From Rhizaria sp. SCN 62-66 (Eukaryota): DNA of 41,940 nucleotides. The position numbers and the translations under genes are program-made. The notes below the pieces were generated by a model. That model worked only from the letters and a program-made list of their open reading frames with translations. It had not been told where the DNA came from and searched no databases. Where the stretch lies: assembly GCA_001724265.1 (NCBI GenBank), contig MEDY01000184.1:62001-103940 (forward strand). Reading direction: 5' to 3'. Positions within the stretch are counted from its first letter, which is position 1. The number at the start of each line of letters is the position of its first letter. Shown here one piece after another: positions 33,377-41,940 of this stretch.

Positions 33377-36279
33377 ATGCCGACTGACTTTACGGCCGCG
33401 TTCCGCGCCGCCGTCAAGGCTATCCCAGCTTCGCAAGCTGGCCCAGCTGCTGCTTCTGACTCAAGTTCAGCAGCTGCTGTCGTTGCATCTGCTGTTGCCA
33501 CCGCAGCTGATGGCTCTGTCGTGCCACTGCTTGCTACGCCATCAACGCACTTTGCCACCGCTGTGCGCGCTTTGGTACGTTCCCTTGCCCGCTCTTGCTA
33601 TTTTGAGTGACTGTCTCGAAGCTCAATCTAATCGTCAATGCTTAGCACACTCGCTCACACTCCCTCTCTCGCACATCCTTCTGTCACTCTCGTGCATTGC
33701 ACCATCGCTTTATCTACTCCAGGCCCGCGACCTCGTTGTGACGCGCGCCCTGTTGGCCATTCTCCGCACCGCGTACGTTACTCCCGCCTCGACCGCCGCC
33801 GCCGCCGCCGCCGACGCCGCCACGGCCGCCGCCTCTACAGCCGCCGCCGCCGCCTCTGTCTCTGCTGGCGGCGCCGCTGCCGCCGCTGGGGCCGGCGCGG
33901 GGCCGTCCGCGTCGTCGGTCGCCGCGGCCGCCGCGCTGGGCCACGGCGCCTCGCCCGCGGGCGTCGAGCTGGCCGCGTTCGTCCGGACCAGCGCCCCTTA
34001 CATCGCGCGGGCACTTACATCCGCGCTCACACCCCTTACCTTGACCCCGCAGAGCAGTGACGCCAGCAGCAGCAGTAGGACCGCCAGCGCGGGTGCGGGC
34101 GTGCTCGAGCGCGCGTTCTCCGCGTCCCTCTCTTCCTCGGCCTCGGCGGCGGCGGCGCTTGCCCCGCTGCTGCCGCTGCCATCGCTGCCGCCCGCGGCCG
34201 CCGCAGCCGCCGACGCCGCCACGGCCGCGGCCCTGCGCGCCGCTGCGGCCGCCGCGGGCGCGCTTAAGGGCAGCCTGGCCGCGGGCGCCGAGGCGCAGGC
34301 TATGTCGCGCGCGCAGCGCCGGGCCGGGCGGGACGCTCACCGTCACGCTGACGAAGGCAGCGGCAGCAGGCTGGGCCTGTTTGGCAGGCTGGCGGCCGCG
34401 GTCACGGGCTCGAGCGCCGCGGCGAAGCGAGACGAGCTGAGGGACAACGAGGATGACAGTGATAGGAGCGATTACGAGTTCGACGTGGACGCCGGCAGTG
34501 GCGCCACTTCGGCCGTCTACAACACGAGCGCAGCGACTGACAACGCGGGCGGCTCGGGCGCAACCAGCAGCAGTAGCAGCAGCAGCAACGGCAGCAGTGT
34601 TCGTACCAGCTATGATGCGAACTCGAAGTCGAAGTCGAAGTACCCGCTGAAGGGTAAGTACCTCAAGTACCGCCGTGCTCCGGTGCCCGACAACAGCGTC
34701 AACAAGAGCGCCCCCTCAACTCAGAGTGTTGTTGCTTTCGACGGCAGCTCTGCCGACCCGCGTGTTAGTCTCGGTCTCAGTCCCTCGTCATTAGCCCTCG
34801 AGCGCCTTCTAAGTGCCCCCTTAGTCTCGCCCGCTGACTACCGCCACCGCCACGCTGTCGTGGCCAGTCTCGAAGCCGCAATCGCGGCAGTCGCGGGCGC
34901 GCTCGACGCCATGCGCAAGGAACGCATCAGCGTCTCGCACATCGCCGCTCTCAGCGCCTCCACTGGCAGTGGTAGCCGCAGTCACAATGGCGGGGTCAGT
35001 GGCGGCGGCGGCGCGGCGAGCGCGAGTGCGGGCGCGGGCGCGGCGGGCGTGGCGGGCGGCGGCGGGCACAACAGGCGGCGGCAGCAGCTGCTCGTGAAGT
35101 TCGACCCTTCGAGTCCCATGGGGGCCACCACCGCTCGCACGGGCGCGGGCTCTCGTGTTGAGGGCAAGGACGACCGCGGCGGCCACGGCGACGACGTCAT
35201 GTCTGTGAGTCTGGACGACGTGCTCAGCGGGAAAGTCACGTCGCCTGATAACAAAGCTAAGCCGCAGAGCCCCAGCTCGAACGCGAGTGCGAACACGAGC
35301 CAGGGCAAGAGCAACGGCGGTGACAAAGGGGCGGCTCCAACTGAGGCGGACGCCGTGGCTGTTACAGCGGCCATGATGGCCGCGGGCTTGCTCCACTCGC
35401 AGCCGCAGGTCAAGACGGGGACGTTGTCTTCCTCCGGCTCCGGTGGAAGCGCTGTGGACGGTCTAAGTGTTGGTTTAAGTACCCCCGCGCTGGGCCGCGT
35501 GGCGAGCGTTGAGTGGGAACTGGTCCCGGGGCTGGACCACCACCTCGCCGGCACCAAAACCTCCATCCTGCACGCGCAGCCGCCGCGCCGCGGCTCCCTG
35601 GCCTCGTCTAAGGGCGTACTTAGCGAGGGCAACGAAGCGATCGAGCGGGCCCGCGCGCGCCAGTGGGCGCAGGCGGAGCGCGGGCCCACGGGGGGCAGCT
35701 ACAACGGGGACGATAACGACGCACTCTACATCAGCGACGACGGCGACGATGGCAGCGGCAGCGGCAGCGGCAGTGGCAGTGCTGGTGCTGATCTATACCG
35801 GGCGCGTATGCTGGCCCAGGTGACCGTGAGCAAGAGCATCGTCGACTACGACCTGCAGTCTGCACTTGAGGCCGAGCGCACGATGAGCACGATCAACGAC
35901 ATGCTGGGGCTGTTCAACACCAAGCTGGCCGAGCAGGGCGACATGGTCACCAACATCTGCGCCAACACCGTCGAGGTACGGACGATTTCGCATGATAGAT
36001 TTATGCCCATTGAGTCTATTAACACTATTGATCTTTTAATCTTTAAACAACATTGTATTGACTTACTTCTCCATGCATTGCAACATCGCCATTTGCTCAC
36101 ACACTATAATTTGTACATATTTTTGTCTCTCATCTTTGCAGACGACTTCGAACCTCAATGTGAGCAAATACCACCTCGAGCAGGCCCTGAACCGTGGCAA
36201 CAACTGGTCACGCTTCCTGGTCATCATCTTCGTTGCATTCACACTCATCATTATCCTCCTCGACTGGTCAAACAACTAA
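33377..36279 (+). CDS. STX18: Syntaxin-18/Ufe1/SYP81-like ER Qa-SNARE, 3 exons, ~862 aa
   Basis: Exons 33377-33574, 33723-35975, 36142-36279. N-peptide MPTDFTAAFRAAV; HRHAVVASL; SNARE heptads AERTMSTINDMLGLFNTKLAEQGDMVTNI...NLNVSKYHLEQA (central Gln); C-terminal TM FLVIIFVAFTLIIILLDW, typical of Syx18. Confidence 0.85.
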
Positions 36280-36525
36280 ACCCTGATTGTTGGGACAAGC
36301 ACAACAAATTGATGCTTGACTCTAGCAGCTTGCTTTTACCTAGTTTCAATACATGATTGGCAGTTGCTCTGGCATGTTTAGAAAAGTGATTGTGAGCAGT
36401 TCCACAGTTCTGGAAATCTCCGGAGGAAACCGATGGAATTGGCACAAAACATGTATGACAGTGAAACGAGGAATTCTGTGCTAGTTGCAGAGTCACCTTC
36501 GCTTTGGTCATGCAGTCTTCATCGG

Positions 36526-39281
36526 TTACTCGTGCCCCTGCGGCTTCTCTTGCTCCTGCTCCCCTTCTGACTGCTGTTCTTGCTTTTGTTTTTGCTCTTG
36601 CTTCTGTTCTCGTTGCTGCTCTTCATGATGCTCATCACACTCTTGCAGCTGAGGCGTCAACATTGGAGCCGTGGCGTACTGCTTCTGTGACGACGACTGT
36701 GGTTGCACATGCAGACTGCCATTAGCCTGCTGAAGTGATGGTGAATCTACGTGCTGTTGCTGCTGCTCTTGTTCTTGCTGTGCCTGTCGCCCTAACAAGT
36801 CTTGTTGCTGCTTTGAACCTTCATCCAGTTGCATATGTTCTTGTTGCTGCTGCGTTTGTTGATGCTCCGGGGACTGATACTGCTGCCGCTGCTGAGTCTG
36901 TGATGACGCGATTCCATGCTGGTGTTGCGGATAATGTACTATAATAGGCGCCGTAGCGGACTGCTGCTGATGTGATGACTGCGCTGAAATCTTAATTGCA
37001 GCAGTGGCATGCTGCTGCGAGAACGAGTGCATGTGTTGCTGTTGTTGCTGTTCGAGATATTGCGGCATGAGCTGCCCCGCAGCCATTTGCTGCTGCAATG
37101 ACGGTTGCGGAGGATACTGAGACATCTCCACAGACTGTTCCCATCCTTGACTCTGAGTTTGAAACAAATCTCCGCCAGGCATAGCCCCTGTGAAGCTCTG
37201 CGGAACAACAACCACGGACGTGGACGGAGGCGACTGAGGAGCCTCCACGTTGAAAAGACCCAGGGGCGCCGTGCCCGGAGTCCCAACGGCGCTGATGTAG
37301 ACAATGGGCGCGTTCTTCTGAGGTGAGACAAGAAGTTGCTTGCGTGAATACACAATCACAGAAGGCGTGCACCAGCGCCATAAACAGAGATAACATGGAA
37401 AGCACGCAGTCACGATTGAACAGCACACGCATGCGGGGGAAGTGATGCATTCGTGAATGCATGGCATGCTATCGTCCTGTGTCAAAAAACAACAACACAC
37501 ACACATTTATAAATGTGTAAGAATCAGCACTAAAACGTGTTCGTAACGTGATATAATGTAGTCGACAATCAATGCGAAAAAAACACTTCGCTGAATGCAT
37601 TATGAAACATTCATTTAATCATAAGCTGACTTCATGCATTGAGTTGTGTAGGGTTTTTGACTCGAAGTGTGAGATCATGTCACCGCATACATATCGTCTA
37701 TCATACGCTTTTCAAGTTGTTGTACCTCGCTCACAGTTTATTTGACCACACTGCAGTGAGGATTTGCGTACCTTGTGAACATACACGGACGAGACTTTTG
37801 CGACTTCCGGTGAGTACTCCGTCGAAGCGTCACACTTTTCGTCCATAGCACTTAACTTACGCTCAATGAGAGAAGGACGCGTGGCAGTCGTCTACTCGCT
37901 CCCAGGAGTGACCTTATGGTCGATGTCAAATTCGACTAAGAACCCACTGCCGATAACCTGGTTCACGGCGTCACGCAGTGCCTCTGATGAGTGCGAAATA
38001 TCGCGCGCGGCCGTAATGGTGTACGGGAAGACTGCACTGTTGGAGCGCGAAGATGCGATACGGAAACCAAGATCACATAAAAACGTGCGTACAAATAACA
38101 ATTAGCACACATTGCAGCAATAATAATAATAAATACGTATAGTGATTAAAAAGAGACTGAGATACAGGATCTCATGATAGTGCTCTTCCGTACCTGTAGG
38201 TGATGCTGACGTATGAATAGCTACATTTTTTCACAATATGACTGTTCATAACCCTAGTGGCAAGCTTAATGGGCGCAACGCGCATGCGGTCAAAGTGCGT
38301 CACAATGTCATCAATTGTTGCGCGCTCGGTGAATTGTGCCGATTGAAACACAGTGGGCATGGCCTTGTTCTTGCAGCGGAGACAACATAAAGAGTCCCTA
38401 AGCGTATCGAGATCCGGCACATCGGCCTTAGTGTTATCGCGCGTGAAATCCAAACTGCGCTTGAGTGAAACTGTTGGTGTCACGCACATCGGACAGTAGT
38501 CGAGGATTGCAATAAGGGGCAGACAGACCCAGAGGTAGGTCACTCCAACGATCACACTCAAGATGATGATGAGGGGTAGCGGACTAAACAGCGGAACGGC
38601 GTTACTCGGATATACAGCAATAACGTCAGAAACTAAAAGAGTTCCAAAAAGACAGACTAGAAGAAGGAAAATCACGATAACTTGTCCTCCGTTTGTCTAG
38701 CAACAGAACCCTGCGGCAGCCAGTGGCGAATAGTATTTTACTACCGGTGGTTTGACCGAGGCGTCCATGGTGTCAAAGTCTGCACATGTTGCACCGTTGG
38801 CGTACATAGTCTCAGCTGACTGGGTTGCCAAAGGGGGCGGCATGGAGGCCACCGCGGGGACGCCCGGAGTTGAAACGGGGATGTTGCTGTTAGCTGGAGC
38901 CGCGTTTACACCCACGCTGACAGTATTACCAGGTGAGACTGATCCACCACCCATCATCACAGTTCCCGTAGAAGAGGCCGGTACATAATACTGCGGCTGT
39001 GACAGCTGCGACTGAGATTCCGACACAAGACTGTGGGACTGCCATTGTGGAAATGGGGAAACTTGTGTCGTGCTGGCGAGGGACGTTGTATACAGATGTA
39101 GTGGTGATTGATGGCTGTCATCGTAGGCCGGGGGTAAGGGGCTCTTCTCTAAAGGTGTTGCTGATAAGTCCGGACGAACCAGCCAATGCGTCGTGCGCGC
39201 ATTGTGGTCAACGTAGTAGATGCGTCCCCAGTCGTCCGTTCGCTGCTCACAGCCTTCGGGCAGTGGACGAAGCTCTTTCAT
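36526..39281 (-). CDS. WW-domain + TMEM151-like membrane protein with Gln-rich tail, 3 exons, containing two in-frame TAG codons (readthrough gene or pseudogene)
   Basis: Exons 39281-38194, 38036-37772, 37476-36526; introns GTACGG..ACAG (phase 2) and GTACGC..ACAG (phase 0) keep one frame to TAA. WW domain PLPEGCEQRTDDWGRIYYVDHNARTTHW; two TM helices; TMEM151-like FDRMRVAPIKL..SH..ITYSAVFPY..ARDIS and a Cys-rich TM CFPCYLCLWRWC. TAG at 38699-38697 and 37894-37892. Confidence 0.65.
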
Positions 39282-40556
39282 TGCTGTGAGGAAGGTGGAG
39301 TACAAATACATCAGCACAACATATGAGTCATAGTTTTGCATAATATACATATTGGTATACCATGCCATTTGATATTGCACTGCTGTACAACATTTTATAC
39401 GGAGCGATGTGGGGGATAAGAGGCGAGTGCTTGCGAGCAACTGTCTGACGCAAGTGTTCAAAACTCTTTCTATATGCAACGCTTCGGGTCTAAATTGGCA
39501 CATCCCACAATACTCGCTGAGAGAAAAACATAGCTGACGCGGTCATTTGAACAGGCAGATGCTTGCATAGCGGTCATCGACTCAGACGACACCTTCAAAG
39601 TTTGCCCGTGATGTCGACCAAATCGAACCATTTATTGGACGGACTTAATAAAATACCCTGACGTTCTCAGCGGCAGCCAGACTATTTTATCGGTCCAGCT
39701 GCTGCCTTAACAGGACCAGCACAAGTCCGCCCCACGCCCTGATATTTTGAGAACCCCAACGGAAGGGACGGGGCAGGTGGTGTCGAAGAGTGCGCAACTA
39801 CAATGTGAGATTGCTTACCATTTGCGCACAAACACGACGGCGATTTTGTGTGATGATAGTGTTTATGGATTAAGTATGATGTATGATGAAGATTGTATCG
39901 AAAATTATTATGACAACGAGGTTAAAGGTAGTGAACATTCGGTTTGTTATTAATAGAACGAAGTGGTGGCAGTGGACAACATTTGGACTAACTGACCTAC
40001 TTTAAATGTGCATTTACGCAATTCTACGACTTGCTCTTCATGCAGAAACCTCGGACTTGCCCACAGGGGTTAAGTTTGTACTTTCCAAGATGGAGATTAG
40101 ATGTAGACTTAGAATTTAAAGAGATATATGAAGTTTATATGTAAGGATACCAAGGAATATGCTCAATTATGCTGTTTATTGAAGACTGTATTGATGGGAA
40201 AATAAAAATTAAGTTTGTACATGTATTATACCTTCCAAGACTAAGGGAGGTCCACTCTCATCTGACGGCATCTGGACAGTGAATAAATTTTGCTATTCTT
40301 AACGTAGTGACACTTTAGATAGTAAGTTAACTCGGTTATTTTTGTATATTTACAAATTTCTCAAATATATCCCTATGTTAAGGGCCCCAATTTGGGCTGT
40401 GAAGTTACGTCTTCAGAAACTGATTTCATGACAATTGGTTATCACTGAGGTGCTTGCAGAATCGAAATCTAAACACAGCAATTCAAATGTCAAAAACGAC
40501 CACAATCAAAAAACGACCCAAAAGTATATATACCGGGGTTTCTGCGATACAATATA

Positions 40557-40586
40557 CAGGGGAAACGCCGGGCGAGTCGAACGCTC
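40557..40586 (+). repeat. Left TIR of the Tc1-like element
   Basis: CAGGGGAAACGCCGGGCGAGTCGAACGCTC, preceded by TA. Confidence 0.93.
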
Positions 40587-40728
40587 AATTAGAAACTTTG
40601 TTTTTTCTTAATGTATAACTTGAAATACAATTATTATACCACGATCCGGGTTAATCTAACTTAAAGTTTTCAAATATAATATTTGTTCACTTAAAACCCA
40701 TCATTTTACGTGACATCTATCTAGGACC

Positions 40729-41709
40729 ATGAACGGCATCCGCCACTAGGAGGCCGTGAAGCGCGACATCTGCGAGCTGCGCGAACAAGGCACGAGCTTC
40801 CGCGCGATTGCAGTAATCACGGGCGTCTCTCTGAGTCTTACTCATTACTACGCTGGTCCGCTCGCGGGCGTTGGCCGTTGCCCGCGACACGGTCCGAAGC
40901 CTTCCCCGGTCTACCTCATCACTAACAACCGGCTCCCGGATTTCAAGGAGATCGTGCTTGCATAGCCCGGAGCGAGTCGCGATGTCATTTTCGCAAAGAT
41001 CCGTAACGAGATGGACATCTTGATCTCGACGACCACATTTTCGTCCTGCCTGCGTCGCGCCTACATTCGCTTTGGCAAGCCGGCTGTGCACATCGACATC
41101 TCGCAAGTCAACATCGACAACCGTCTCGCCTGGGCCGTGGCTAACCTCGGACGCGATCTCAGCAACTTTGTCCACAGCGACGAAAAGATCTTCATCGCTG
41201 GTGCTCGTGGCAACAAGATTTACTACGAGCTTCACCACCGCCCGATCATCCTCGCCAACCGCTGGTCAGCCAGGATCCACATCTGGTGGGCCATCTCTAA
41301 GTACGCGCGCTTCGAGTCCTTTGTCATTGAAGGGCGCCTCAACTCCGAGAGTTTTCAAGAGGTGCTTACGGAGAGCCTGCTGCCATGTACTCGCGAGGAG
41401 CAGATCTTCCAGCAAGACAGCGCGCCGGTCCATGTGTCTCGTTCTACCCTCGAGTTCCTTGCTCGCAACGACGTTCCTCTGCTCGAGGACTGGCCAGCGC
41501 AGTCCCCTGACCTGAACCCGATAAAGCATGCTTGGGCTCAGGCGCAGAAGATCGTTGCTGAGCGCAACCCTGCTAACGCAGCAGAGCTCAAGGCCGTTGT
41601 TCTAGACGTTCTTCGCACGTTCCCCCAGGACAGCATCAACAGGCTCATCGACAGCGTACCAGACAGGCTGCAAAAGGTTATCGAAAAGCAGGGTCGTTTT
41701 CTCGGTTAA
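40729..41709 (+). pseudogene. Tc1-like transposase (326 codons) with two in-frame TAGs and third catalytic residue E>K; likely inactive copy
   Basis: ATG 40729; HTH ICELREQGTSFRAIAVITGVS; FVHSDEK (D1), QQDSAPVH (D2), WPAQSPDLNPIKHAW (K at the E position, 35 residues after D2). TAG at 40747-49 and 40963-65, both in frame with the flanking ORFs; TAA at 41707-09. Confidence 0.8.
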
Positions 41710-41813
41710 GCGCATTATTAAAAATACATTCGTATATTACAACATAATATCACGTTATGAGTTTTAAATTTTCCTTGACTCCTTTCTTCAAACTATGTTT
41801 TAGAAGAAGCGTC

Positions 41814-41843
41814 GAGCGTTCTACTCGCCCGGCGTTTTCCCTG
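41814..41843 (-). repeat. Right TIR of the Tc1-like element
   Basis: Reverse complement CAGGGAAAACGCCGGGCGAGTAGAACGCTC, 2 mismatches to the left TIR, followed by TA. Confidence 0.93.
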
Positions 41844-41940
41844 TAAGGTAACTTTCAAAAAGTTCCGCCCCCTTTTTCGGAAAGTTTCGTCAGAAAATGT
41901 ATTAAAATCAGGAATGAATCAAAACAGCAGTGAATTGAAA

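Larger units (their letters stand above)
40557..41843 (+). mobile_element. Full-length Tc1/mariner (IS630-Tc1-mariner) DNA transposon, 1287 bp
   Basis: 30-bp terminal inverted repeats (28/30 match), TA on both flanks (40555-56, 41844-45), and an internal DDE transposase. Confidence 0.95.

Noticed and set aside
11808-36141. Introns of similar length (148-224 nt) as possible introner elements
   Set aside because: I saw no shared internal sequence or terminal repeats between the introns.
37855-37860. GTAAGT donor in WW/TMEM151 exon 2
   Set aside because: It is phase 1, incompatible with the phase-0 acceptor at 37477, and the frame continues open to the GTACGC donor at 37771.
40060-40075. CAGGGGTTAA as a piggyBac-like terminus
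   Set aside because: The match is too short, and there is no matching left end or transposase in the window.
1-41940. CRISPR arrays, rRNA, tRNA, prokaryotic operons
   Set aside because: None were recognisable, and the spliceosomal introns and gene content are eukaryotic.

Overview
Eukaryotic (protist-like) nuclear DNA with GC-rich exons, AT-rich GT-AG introns of about 150-300 nt and short intergenic regions. From left to right it contains: a threonine-aldolase-like gene that runs off the left edge and has His in place of the PLP lysine; a CTL/SLC44 transporter; a zinc-ribbon/TM protein; GCN5; Sec23; ATP23; a G6PD with a ~950-aa disordered N-terminus; Skp1; TFIIE-beta; a 2602-aa NEK kinase whose catalytic domain is split by large inserts; an enlarged syntaxin-18; a WW + TMEM151-like gene; and a full-length Tc1/mariner element (30-bp TIRs, TA target duplication). 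The most striking observation concerns TAG. None of the 12 genes with a visible end stops on TAG (7 TAA, 5 TGA), while four in-frame TAGs, and no in-frame TAA/TGA or frameshifts, interrupt the WW-TMEM151 gene and the transposase. This fits UAG readthrough/reassignment or a biased C>T decay process, and the window alone cannot separate the two. All 12 modelled introns have +4 C/T donors (GTACG dominant). All family calls come from recognising motifs by eye; no database search was run.
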